Assembly: GCA_005223125.1 (NCBI GenBank)
Contig: NJBH01000018.1
Location: 1 to 64,000, forward strand
Length of the DNA: 64,000 nucleotides
Direction of reading: 5' to 3'
Origin: Promethearchaeota archaeon Loki_b32
GTDB taxonomy: Archaea; Asgardarchaeota; Lokiarchaeia; Sigyniarchaeales; SOKP01
The first letter of the stretch is position 1. Every line of letters begins with the position of its first letter. The notes beneath the pieces were generated by a model that did not search any database, was not told the DNA's origin, and saw nothing but the letters and a program-made list of their open reading frames with translations. A program made the translations under genes and the position numbers. Shown piece after piece: positions 20,785 to 30,233 of the stretch.

Positions 20785-21585
20785 TTAAATAAAGTCAACT
20801 AAACTTTTCTGATCACTAAAACTATGATAAGATAATCCAAATTTTTGCTTTATCATATTAACTGAATCTGGAGCATGACCTTGGAAATGATTGTTGACAA
20901 TGATAAATATTTCATAGATACTAGGCTTCTTCAATAAATTTTGGACATTCTTAAAAAGATTTTTAATAGCTTCATTTTGGTTTCTTTGAATTCGGTTGAA
21001 AATGGTGAGCTCTCTATCCCCTATTAATCGGATATAATAATAATTTTGGTTTTGTTTATAGTAAGGTTTAATTCCCGGCATATAGGTTGTTCCTAGTATT
21101 GTTTTATTGCCGTCAATAAAGCTAGAAAGAATTTGAGGTGTAAACCATGAATTATCTCGTAATTCGATGATATATTTATACTCAGATGGTATCGTTTTAA
21201 TTAAGTAATTTAGTTGTTCTAAGTGTTTTTCTGAGTATTTAAACCAAGGGGGAAATTGTAGAAGGATTCCAAAGATCTTTTCTTTTAAAGGTCTTATTCT
21301 ACTAAAAAATTCAAGAATCCTGTTGTCAGTTTCAGAACTATTAAGTTTATGTGTTATATTTTGCCATAATTTAATAATAAAGCGAAATCCTTCTGGTACG
21401 CGATTATTCCAATTAATTACCATATCTTCAGAAGGTAAATTATAAAAAGTTGAATTGATTTCAACTATCGGGAAATAATTTGAAAAGAATTCCAAATGTT
21501 GGGATTTTTCTAATTTTTTGGGATAAAATGAACCCATCCAATCCTTATAAGAGAAGCCCGCAGTTCCGATCGTAATTTTAACCAT
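20785..21585 (-). CDS. DUF72 (YecE-like) protein
   Basis: IGTAGFSYKDW..FYP, VEINSTFY, LLQFPP, ELR..SW, VNNHFQG.A. Confidence 0.9.
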   Translation of the reverse strand: MVKITIGTAGFSYKDWMGSFYPKKLEKSQHLEFFSNYFPIVEINSTFYNLPSEDMVINWNNRVPEGFRFIIKLWQNITHKLNSSETDNRILEFFSRIRPLKEKIFGILLQFPPWFKYSEKHLEQLNYLIKTIPSEYKYIIELRDNSWFTPQILSSFIDGNKTILGTTYMPGIKPYYKQNQNYYYIRLIGDRELTIFNRIQRNQNEAIKNLFKNVQNLLKKPSIYEIFIIVNNHFQGHAPDSVNMIKQKFGLSYHSFSDQKSLVDFI

Positions 21586-21715
21586 TTATTGCAAATCTAA
21601 ACGTTATTTTATTTTAATGATTCAATATTTTCTTTTACTAAAATAATTATTTTTTATAAAAGATTATAATTAGTTTAAATAGTCACAAGAACTATCTTTA
21701 AAAGGTGATGGAAAA

Positions 21716-22438
21716 ATTTCTATCGACTGGGTACGTGCAGAGGAAAAACCAGATAAGAAAATTGCAGTTGAAGGAAAACTATTATTGGAACTTCGATCGA
21801 AAATAAAAGAATTAGAACATGAATTAGAGAAAAAACATGAGGAACTAAAGAAAACACAAAGTGAATTAAAAATAACAAAAGAAAAGTTGGGCGGTCGAGA
21901 AAGGAGTTTAACTGAACTTATAGAAAAAAAATCTTCTATAAGAAAATCTTCAGATCAAATCAAAGAGGAGAAATTACAAGCAGTTATTGAACTTACTAAA
22001 TTATCATCTGAAAAATCAAACTTAGAAGAAAAAATTACTGAGGCTTTAGTTAAAATCACCCATCTTGAAAACCAATTAAATTTAACAGTTAAAAAATCAA
22101 CTGAAATTGAACAAAAGATTCTGATTAAAGATAAAGAAATTCAGAAAAAAGAAGAAGAAATGTTAAACAAAACAAAAGAGCTTTTGAATAAAGATGAAGA
22201 AATTCAAGAGCTTAAAAACAATATAAATATCAAGAATGAAGAAATTGAGAATCTTAAAAAGAAATTAAATGATGAAATAAAGAACACAGATATACAAATA
22301 AAAAAATTACAAGATTTTGAAGTTCAAGTATCACAGGCTATTAAAGCTTCAGAAGTAATAAAAAAAATTAAAAAAAAAATAGAGTTAAAAGGCTTCTTAT
22401 CCGACAAGGAGCTCGAACCTTTACTAAAGGAAATATAA
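21716..22438 (+). CDS. coiled-coil protein paralog 1 (conserved head and tail); probable ATT start
   Basis: Track start is 21785, but SIDWVRAEEKPDKK upstream is in frame and conserved with paralog 2; GGTGA 7 nt before ATT; C-terminal KGFLSDKE. Confidence 0.75.
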   Translation: MSIDWVRAEEKPDKKIAVEGKLLLELRSKIKELEHELEKKHEELKKTQSELKITKEKLGGRERSLTELIEKKSSIRKSSDQIKEEKLQAVIELTKLSSEKSNLEEKITEALVKITHLENQLNLTVKKSTEIEQKILIKDKEIQKKEEEMLNKTKELLNKDEEIQELKNNINIKNEEIENLKKKLNDEIKNTDIQIKKLQDFEVQVSQAIKASEVIKKIKKKIELKGFLSDKELEPLLKEI

Positions 22439-22587
22439 AATTAATAATCTAATTAATCTTTAATTATGTTTAATTATTCTTTACCAAATACTTTAATGTA
22501 AAATTTATAAATAATCAATTTTAAGAAATTAAATATATAACAATATAAAAATTAAATTTTGAAAAAAATATAATAAGGTGAAAGGAA

Positions 22588-23286
22588 ATTTCAATCGACT
22601 GGGCTAAAGCAGAAGAGAAACCAGATAAAAAGCTATCTGTTGAAGGAAAAATTTTGTTAGATCTTAGATCCAAGATTAATAGTTTAGAAAAACAGTTAGC
22701 TCAAAAAATAAAAGAATTTGATAAAACTTCAAGCGAGTATATGACAACTAAAGAACAATTATCTGAAACTAGTAAGAAATTAGAAGATATTGAAGAAAAT
22801 TTTAGGAATATAAATAAGTCTTTTGAAAGAATAAAAGAAGAGAAGCTTTATGGGGATGCTGAAATTCTTAAACTGAAAACAGGAAAAGCTGATTTAGAAA
22901 CAAAATTATCTGAGACTAATTCTAAGGATACAGAATTGGAAAATAAACTAAAAGAAGCTTCTGTAAAAATTGAGAAGTTAGAAAAAGAAAAGGATGATAT
23001 TAAAGCAGAATTACAGCAACGTGAAAATGAAATCGAGAGTCTAAAGAAAGATTTACAAAAATCAATTTCAGATAAATATATAGAAACTGAAAGTCTTAAA
23101 GAGGAACGAGACACTAAGGAAAAACAAATCAAAGAGTTAAATCAAAAAATTACATCTCTAGAAGAAACAATCGGAGGGGCAAAAGGTACACCCCAACTCA
23201 TTGAAGCTATAAAAAACATCATGGTAACTAAGGGATTCTTGAGTGACAGAGAATTTGATAATCTCTTAGAAAATAAAGATATTTAG
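22588..23286 (+). CDS. coiled-coil protein paralog 2; probable ATT start
   Basis: SIDWAKAEEKPDKK upstream of track start 22654; GGTGA 6 nt before ATT; C-terminal KGFLSDRE. Confidence 0.75.
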   Translation: MSIDWAKAEEKPDKKLSVEGKILLDLRSKINSLEKQLAQKIKEFDKTSSEYMTTKEQLSETSKKLEDIEENFRNINKSFERIKEEKLYGDAEILKLKTGKADLETKLSETNSKDTELENKLKEASVKIEKLEKEKDDIKAELQQRENEIESLKKDLQKSISDKYIETESLKEERDTKEKQIKELNQKITSLEETIGGAKGTPQLIEAIKNIMVTKGFLSDREFDNLLENKDI

Positions 23287-23313
23287 TAAATTAAATTCTT
23301 TTTATTATTAGAA

Positions 23314-24408
23314 ATGGTTAAATTAATCTGGGAAAACAAAAAAAATAATACTCCTAAATTAGAAGATATAAAAAAATTCCATTCTAATTTCTTTAAATCT
23401 TTTGAACATCTCACCCATACCGGTAATACGAGAAGAAGGACTACTAACAACTCTACATTTTGGATGAATAAGTTATTCTGGGGAGACAATTTAGAGGTTT
23501 TATATTTTTTATTAAATAATCTTAAAGAAAAAATAGATTTAATTTACATAGATCCCCCTTTCTTTTCTGGTACCAACTATCAAATCAAGATAAAGGAAAA
23601 TGATAAAATCTATGAATCTATTGCATATTATGACCATTGGAATAGAGATTTAGATTCTTATTTACAAATGCTATATGAAAGGATAACGATATTTAAACTA
23701 ATGTTAGCGGAAACTGGTCTAATTTTTATCCATTCAGATTGGCACGCGAATCACTACATTCGTTTAATTTTAGACGAGATTTTCGGTGAAAAAAGATTTG
23801 TAAATAATATTATTTGGTATTATTATAACAAATATTCAGCTGGAAAGAAAACTTTACCAAGAGCTCATGATACAATTTTAGTTTACTCTAATTCTAATAA
23901 TTTTACTTTCAATCAAATAAGAATACCCCGCGAAAAACCACGAAAGCAATTAATGAGGGAAATGGTAAGCGGAGTTTTAAAGAACGTGAAGGATAAGGAT
24001 GGTCATGTTAAATATAGAATTGTTACTGACAAAAAAATGGATGATGTTTGGAAAATACCTTGTATGCAGCCAGCATCAAAAGAATGGACAGGTTTTCCTA
24101 CACAAAAACATCATAAATTACTTGAAAGAATTATTCAATTAGGGTCAAATGAAGGAGATTTAGTAGCTGATTTTTTTTGTGGTTCTGGGACGTCATTAAT
24201 AGTCGCTGAAAAATTAAAAAGGAGATGGATAGGATGTGATATTTCAGAGTATTCGATATATTTAACAAGAAATAGAATATTAGATTATCAAAAAAGGATA
24301 CAAAACTATAATCCATTTGAAATTCTTACAAATTTAAGCGAAACCAGAAGTAAAATTGTTGATTCCGGTTTTTTTGAAAAAAAATTTTCAATAACAAGAA
24401 AAAAATAG
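23314..24408 (+). CDS. N4/N6 DNA methyltransferase, beta class, no adjacent endonuclease
   Basis: IYIDPPF (motif IV) precedes DFFCGSGT (motif I); FPTQK. Confidence 0.9.
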   Translation: MVKLIWENKKNNTPKLEDIKKFHSNFFKSFEHLTHTGNTRRRTTNNSTFWMNKLFWGDNLEVLYFLLNNLKEKIDLIYIDPPFFSGTNYQIKIKENDKIYESIAYYDHWNRDLDSYLQMLYERITIFKLMLAETGLIFIHSDWHANHYIRLILDEIFGEKRFVNNIIWYYYNKYSAGKKTLPRAHDTILVYSNSNNFTFNQIRIPREKPRKQLMREMVSGVLKNVKDKDGHVKYRIVTDKKMDDVWKIPCMQPASKEWTGFPTQKHHKLLERIIQLGSNEGDLVADFFCGSGTSLIVAEKLKRRWIGCDISEYSIYLTRNRILDYQKRIQNYNPFEILTNLSETRSKIVDSGFFEKKFSITRKK

Positions 24409-24410
24409 AA

Positions 24411-25850
24411 TTAAATTTCTTTATTATGAAAATGTATGTTATAATCTAAATATTTTGACAAGGCCTCTTCTACAATATCCCCTACTTTATTTAATGTTGC
24501 TGCTACATGATGAGCAAAACCTCCAAAACATAGAGATTTCAACAAGTCTTGTAAATTAGAAATCTCAACTACACCATACCCACCAAATGTGTCTAATGGA
24601 TCTTCAGTATAATTCCCTTCTGCTAAAATAGCTTTTATCTCTCCAAAAAGATCATCGGTTTCAATCCTCAATAGAGTACAGTGTTTAGTTTTAATACGCC
24701 CTTGAATTGCACCAAAACTCACTTCTTCACCTTTTTGATCTGCAATTATTGGGTGAATAGTCATTCTTGTATCTTGAAAGAAGGATTTAGGGAGATTGCT
24801 ACAATGAAATAATACCATTTTATTTGGATCTTCACCATAATTATTATTCCAATCTAAAATAGCTGATGGAGTATCAGAGGCGATTTGTAATATTAACATC
24901 CCTATTAATCCAGAGATGTCAACTTCACAAGCAGCTGGAACAAGTCCTTCACTAAACATACTTAACACCGCGCATGGTACAATTCCAAAATTGTCTTGAA
25001 TGCTAGGCCAACATTGAAAAGCAAATCCATCTAAATCATTCTCAACAACCCAATTTTCAATTACAACTGCTAATTTTGCTAATTTAATTAGACTTTCTAT
25101 TGGAATTGTTGTAGTACTCGTATAGTTCTTTATGAATTCAATCTTTTCTTGTACTTTGGGGTCATCAGTCTTCAAATGATTAATAAAACCAAAAATCTCA
25201 GATAAATCTATAGGTTCTATGCTGATCCCGTTAAATTCTAAGATTTTTTCGCTATATCTAACAGTTTCAAAAGCATTTGGTCTAGTTCCGATTTGTCCTA
25301 ATCTTGCTGTTCTGAGCTTTTTTACGATTTTACATATTTTTTCAAATCTCTTTAAATCTTCTTTAAAAAGATCAGATTTTATAGGGCAAGTATGATATTT
25401 AGTTAGTGTAAATGGAATACCATATTGATACAATACACTTGTAACAGATATTTTTCCACAAAACGCATCTCTTCTATGAACTCGATCCATTTTATCAATA
25501 TCATCAGATGACGCTTGAATTAACACAGGAACATTAAGATTTGCCAATTTAAGAGTGTTAGCTACTCCTTTTTCATCTCCAAAATTTGGTAAAATAACAA
25601 CAATTCCACCAATTTTTTCACGGTTAACCTTAAATAATTCAGCGCATTTCTTAGCATCTTCATATAATTCTACGACACCAAATCTTGTGTCGTTTTCTCC
25701 TAAGATAACATAATCATAACCTAACTTATTCATAGCTTCGATAATCTCAATCCTTCCTTGTTTTGCTAGTTCACTTGGAAAGACATCTCTGTTTCCCACT
25801 ATTATACCAAACGTTATTTTTTCGTATTTTTTTTTAAGAAAAGACATCAT
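24411..25850 (-). CDS. L-fucose/L-arabinose isomerase family protein
   Basis: NFGDE, RRDAFCGKIS, QCWP, ACEVD, FHCSN, FAHHVA. Confidence 0.85.
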   Translation of the reverse strand: MMSFLKKKYEKITFGIIVGNRDVFPSELAKQGRIEIIEAMNKLGYDYVILGENDTRFGVVELYEDAKKCAELFKVNREKIGGIVVILPNFGDEKGVANTLKLANLNVPVLIQASSDDIDKMDRVHRRDAFCGKISVTSVLYQYGIPFTLTKYHTCPIKSDLFKEDLKRFEKICKIVKKLRTARLGQIGTRPNAFETVRYSEKILEFNGISIEPIDLSEIFGFINHLKTDDPKVQEKIEFIKNYTSTTTIPIESLIKLAKLAVVIENWVVENDLDGFAFQCWPSIQDNFGIVPCAVLSMFSEGLVPAACEVDISGLIGMLILQIASDTPSAILDWNNNYGEDPNKMVLFHCSNLPKSFFQDTRMTIHPIIADQKGEEVSFGAIQGRIKTKHCTLLRIETDDLFGEIKAILAEGNYTEDPLDTFGGYGVVEISNLQDLLKSLCFGGFAHHVAATLNKVGDIVEEALSKYLDYNIHFHNKEI

Positions 25851-25939
25851 ACTTCTCTCAATAAGAAATTTTAAAAAATTTAATTTTAGTAATTTAATTT
25901 AAGAATTTAAAATTAAAATAAAAATTTGTTAATTGTTCA

Positions 25940-27202
25940 ATGAATTTAAGTTCTAAAATCATTCAAAGAATTAAGGAGCTATGGGAACACAAAATATTTA
26001 GATATGCCCTGATCCTTCATAGTTTTTATTTTATACTCTCAATCATTCTATTTTTTGCCTATTATCAAGAAAAAAATGATTTTATTATTTTTTATAAGGT
26101 AGGAAACATATTTATCAATGATATTGAGAATCTCTATAATCAACCATATTATTTATGGGATTTCAGATATCTTCCATTGTCAGCATTGTTTTTTATTCCA
26201 TTTTCCATTTTAAATTTTCAAGTAGCATTTGTAATTTTTAATTTTTGTAATTTAATCCTTAATTTTCTCATTTGCATTATTCTTTTTAAAATAATAATGT
26301 TAATAAGAAACGAAAATCATGAAAAAGACGATAAAAGGATTATTCTATATATATCTATTTACTTAATGGGTTTGCCTCATGTATTGAATTATATTTATGG
26401 TCAGATAAATTTATATATCACTTTTTTTATTCTATTATCTCTTTACATTTTTCTTAAATATGATGAATTCAAATGGCAATTAATTGGAAGTATCTTTTTA
26501 GGAATAAGTATCATTATCAAACCTACTGCGTTTTTCTTAATCCCATTTTTGATTATATTAAATTTTGACTTAGAAAGAAAAAAGCTAAGTTTTAATTTTT
26601 TTAAAAGTGCTATTCGGATCATAGGAGTGATTATTCCTGTTCTGTTGAACTTTATAGTATTTTTATTATACCCTACGATATGGGAAGGTTTCTTAGATAC
26701 TAATTTTACAGGGAGTAATCCAATTGCTCTAAACTTTTCATTCAGTATTACTAAGTTAATTACTAATTTCTGTTATTTTTACAACATCCCTTTTAATCAA
26801 ATCTTTGTTTTACTTGGAGTAATTGGTATACTAGGAGGTTTAGGTTTTATAATTTTTATAATAAAAAGATTTGAAAAAGATTCTATTATTTATGGTTATG
26901 CATTTGGAATTATAATTATGTTACTGGTTTACTTTGACTCGTGGGATCATCATTTGCTCAATTTAACACCGATCTTAATATTAATTATTTTTAATTTACC
27001 TAGGGAATCAAAAGTTACAGGATCAATAAAATTAAGCTTATTCTTCTTTAATTTTTTTGATCTTGCTTTTGTGGGTATTTGGTACCTAATATATCCATTG
27101 TTTCCATACAATTTTACACCTACGTTTTTCTTAATTTTAACGTTCTATGGGATAAGTAAATATTGTTTATTTAAACAACATAATAGAAAAATGGAGGCGT
27201 AG
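25940..27202 (+). CDS. GT-C fold glycosyltransferase family 87 (DUF2029), copy 1
   Basis: DF.IFY..G, FRYLP...LFF.PF, GQINL, IKP, SWDHHL; multi-TM. Confidence 0.8.
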   Translation: MNLSSKIIQRIKELWEHKIFRYALILHSFYFILSIILFFAYYQEKNDFIIFYKVGNIFINDIENLYNQPYYLWDFRYLPLSALFFIPFSILNFQVAFVIFNFCNLILNFLICIILFKIIMLIRNENHEKDDKRIILYISIYLMGLPHVLNYIYGQINLYITFFILLSLYIFLKYDEFKWQLIGSIFLGISIIIKPTAFFLIPFLIILNFDLERKKLSFNFFKSAIRIIGVIIPVLLNFIVFLLYPTIWEGFLDTNFTGSNPIALNFSFSITKLITNFCYFYNIPFNQIFVLLGVIGILGGLGFIIFIIKRFEKDSIIYGYAFGIIIMLLVYFDSWDHHLLNLTPILILIIFNLPRESKVTGSIKLSLFFFNFFDLAFVGIWYLIYPLFPYNFTPTFFLILTFYGISKYCLFKQHNRKMEA

Positions 27203-27206
27203 TTAA

Positions 27207-27974
27207 TTGAAAAAGAAAGTCACTGTTTTGAGTTTTAGTTTCCTTTTCTTATTAGTTTGTAGTCTAATTTCAAATGTATATGCTAATGAGTATAGCATAG
27301 GGGTTAAAAGTGAACAAGAACTTATATGGAAATGTAATGTTTGTAATCAAATAGAGATGGATAATATTTTTGGTGAGGATTGGGATAGTTCTGGAATTTT
27401 CAAAAATTTAAGCAAAGGAAAAAAAATGAAATGGGAAATAGTAAATATAGAAGTTAATGAAACAACTGTAAAATTAAACTTTAGTATATGGGGGTGGACT
27501 AGCAGAAACATATGGGGAATTAAAGAAAATGATTCTCAAATAATCTTTTTTTCCAATCCAAAAGATTACTCTCAAATATTGAATTTTTCTAGTTATTCAT
27601 CTTTTGTGCCATTTTGGTTTCCTATTCCTGTGGGAGATTATATGGGAGGATTAAGTCTAAATGAGTGGTATGATGTAGACAATAGAGTTTTACCCACTTT
27701 GAATGTTGAGATTGAAGAAAACGCAATATTACCCGGATTTCCCTCAAAAGATATTAAAATTATCGCTATCTATAATGATCAAGGAATTCTAAATTCTTAT
27801 AAACTCTATACTAAGGGAAATGTAGTCATTCTAGATATTGTTTTTGATTTTTTACCGATTTATGTAATACCTACATTAATTGGATTAATGTGTTTTTTCG
27901 TTCTAAGTATAATAATATTTGTAATCAAGAAAAGAAAAACAAGAATTTTCTCAGAAGAAAATAATGGTAAATAG
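27207..27974 (+). CDS. secreted protein with a C-terminal membrane anchor
   Basis: Signal peptide (MKKK-hydrophobic-VYA), several NxS/T sequons, C-terminal TM followed by KKRKTR. Confidence 0.75.
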   Translation: MKKKVTVLSFSFLFLLVCSLISNVYANEYSIGVKSEQELIWKCNVCNQIEMDNIFGEDWDSSGIFKNLSKGKKMKWEIVNIEVNETTVKLNFSIWGWTSRNIWGIKENDSQIIFFSNPKDYSQILNFSSYSSFVPFWFPIPVGDYMGGLSLNEWYDVDNRVLPTLNVEIEENAILPGFPSKDIKIIAIYNDQGILNSYKLYTKGNVVILDIVFDFLPIYVIPTLIGLMCFFVLSIIIFVIKKRKTRIFSEENNGK

Positions 27975-27977
27975 AGC

Positions 27978-29240
27978 ATGAATCTGAATACTTACTTTAT
28001 TAAAATAAAAAGAAGATTTAGGGAGTTATGGGAATTTAAGATCTTTCGATATGCCGTATTAATTCATGGATTTTACTTTATATTATCAATGATTCTAACT
28101 CTTATTTTTTTCAGAGATCAAAATGATTTCTTAGTTTATTATGAGGTAGGAGAAGTCTTTATCACAGACATAAATAATCTCTACAGCACAGAATATTTGT
28201 GGCCATTTAGATATTTTCCAATTTCAGCAGCTTTTTTTGTTCCATTTTACTTATTAGGGTTTGATTTAGGTTTTGTGTTGTTCAATTTCATAAATTTAAT
28301 TCTTAACATTTTAAGCTGTATTCTTTTATATAAAATAATAATTCTAATTAAAGGGAAACATCATGAAAGAGAGGACAATAGAATTATCTTATATATAAGT
28401 TTATTTTTGATAGGTTTACCTAATTTGTTTAATTATATTTTAGGACAAATAAATTTGTATATCACCTTCTTAATTTTACTTTCACTTTATTTATTTCTAA
28501 AATATGAAACCCTCAAATGGGACTTTATATCAAGTTTAATTCTTGGAATAAGTGTAATTATAAAGCCAATTACAATTTTCATGATTCCATTCTTATTAGT
28601 TGTAAATTTCAAGTTTGAACAAAGAAAATTTAAATTCAATATTAAAAGAAGTTATATTAGATTGATTGGAGTGCTGATACCTCTCTCAATGAATATTATA
28701 TTCTTTTCAATTTATCCTGCATTATTAAGAGGTTTTATAACGACAAATTTTACGGGCGATGAGCCAATCATCGTAAATCATTCCTTTAGTATATCTAAGT
28801 TAATCCTAAACTTTTGTATATTTTTTAATATACCCTATAACTCTTTATTGATAATTCTGCTAATTTTATTCATTATTGGTGGAATAGGTTTTCTTACTTA
28901 TGTTTTCAGAAGGTTTAATAATAATTCGATTGTGCTTGCTTATCTTTTTGGTATATTAATTATGTTGCTTGCTTATTATGATTCTTGGACTCATCATCTT
29001 TTAGCATTAACCCCCATTTTAATAATTCTGATTTTTATTATACCAAGAAATTCAGACATAACTAAAATATATATAAAACCGAGCTTTTTCTTTTTGAATT
29101 TTATTGATTTAGGATTTATGGGAATTTGGTTTATTATTAAAAATTGGTTTCCTTTTAATTTCGTCAGTACTATTTTTTTATTATTAATTTTTTTTGGATT
29201 AATTAAATATTGTTTGAGAGAAGATTTAAAAAATTATTAA
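27978..29240 (+). CDS. GT-C fold glycosyltransferase family 87, copy 2
   Basis: Paralog of 25940-27202 with the same 420-aa length; FRYFP, GQINL, IKP, SWTHHL. Confidence 0.8.
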   Translation: MNLNTYFIKIKRRFRELWEFKIFRYAVLIHGFYFILSMILTLIFFRDQNDFLVYYEVGEVFITDINNLYSTEYLWPFRYFPISAAFFVPFYLLGFDLGFVLFNFINLILNILSCILLYKIIILIKGKHHEREDNRIILYISLFLIGLPNLFNYILGQINLYITFLILLSLYLFLKYETLKWDFISSLILGISVIIKPITIFMIPFLLVVNFKFEQRKFKFNIKRSYIRLIGVLIPLSMNIIFFSIYPALLRGFITTNFTGDEPIIVNHSFSISKLILNFCIFFNIPYNSLLIILLILFIIGGIGFLTYVFRRFNNNSIVLAYLFGILIMLLAYYDSWTHHLLALTPILIILIFIIPRNSDITKIYIKPSFFFLNFIDLGFMGIWFIIKNWFPFNFVSTIFLLLIFFGLIKYCLREDLKNY

Positions 29241-29410
29241 AACGGATATATTATTCCAGATATTTTCATACTTTGGTGTTTAATGTTCTCTTTTATGATT
29301 AAAAACTTCCATTTTCCTATAACAACAAATTCTAAATATGATAATTCAAAATATATAAACAGATAAGAAAATCCTATATTTTAATAACTAATTAAAAATT
29401 CAAAAGAAAA

Positions 29411-30142
29411 ATGTTGGAATTTTACCCTCCCCCATTACTTCTGATCTTTGCTCCCGCTTTTACTTTAGGAATTCTTCATACGTTCATTCCATGTGAAGAT
29501 AAAGCGATATTCTTTTTTTGGTCATTTGGGATTTCCAAAACAGCAAAAAGAAGCGTTTTTATTTTGATACTTTATGGATTGGGATTAATGTCTTCGAATA
29601 TGATAATCGCTACAGGAACTATTCTAATTAGTTTTATTCCACAGATCTTAATTCCAGGAATCCAAAATTTAGAACCTTACACGATTAACTTTTTTGGAGC
29701 TCTTACTTCTATGTTTGCAGGAATTATTTTATTGTTTTTTATTACAAGAAAAGGGTATATTCCACACTCGAAAATAAAAGAGGAGATATTTCAATTTAAT
29801 TGGGAAAAAAAGAAAACTCCATACTTATTCGGAATTGTAGCAGGATTTGCTCCTTGTATTTTTGAATTTCTCATATATTCTCAATGTTTAACATATGCAT
29901 TAGCAGGTGGTTTGAATTTTCTTGACGGTATTTTTACAGTATTCTATTTTTCGCTAGGTACATTTATTGGATTATTTCCTTTAGCTTTAGCAAAGCACGG
30001 TACCTCTCAAATTATTAAATCTGATCGATTGAAAAGGACAGGTATCTTAATAGCTATGATTTTTATTATAATCATATTTAATACCGTGATTATGGTTTTA
30101 TCATTTCTAGGAATACATGTCTTCCCGGAAGTATCAATCTAG
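29411..30142 (+). CDS. DsbD_2/CcdA- or NicO-like membrane protein
   Basis: About 6 TM segments; GILHTFIPCED and GFAPC motifs. Confidence 0.6.
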   Translation: MLEFYPPPLLLIFAPAFTLGILHTFIPCEDKAIFFFWSFGISKTAKRSVFILILYGLGLMSSNMIIATGTILISFIPQILIPGIQNLEPYTINFFGALTSMFAGIILLFFITRKGYIPHSKIKEEIFQFNWEKKKTPYLFGIVAGFAPCIFEFLIYSQCLTYALAGGLNFLDGIFTVFYFSLGTFIGLFPLALAKHGTSQIIKSDRLKRTGILIAMIFIIIIFNTVIMVLSFLGIHVFPEVSI

Positions 30143-30233
30143 GGAATTTTAGAATTTTCCAAAATAAAATTGGTCTCCCATTAAAATATTAAGCGAGAAT
30201 TTTCTTAAATATAATATAGATTCAAAAAATAAA

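Noticed and set aside
21716-23286. Coiled-coil pair as the missing chemoreceptors or as SMC proteins
   Set aside because: No MCP hairpin-tip motif, no Walker motifs or hinge, and far from the che cluster
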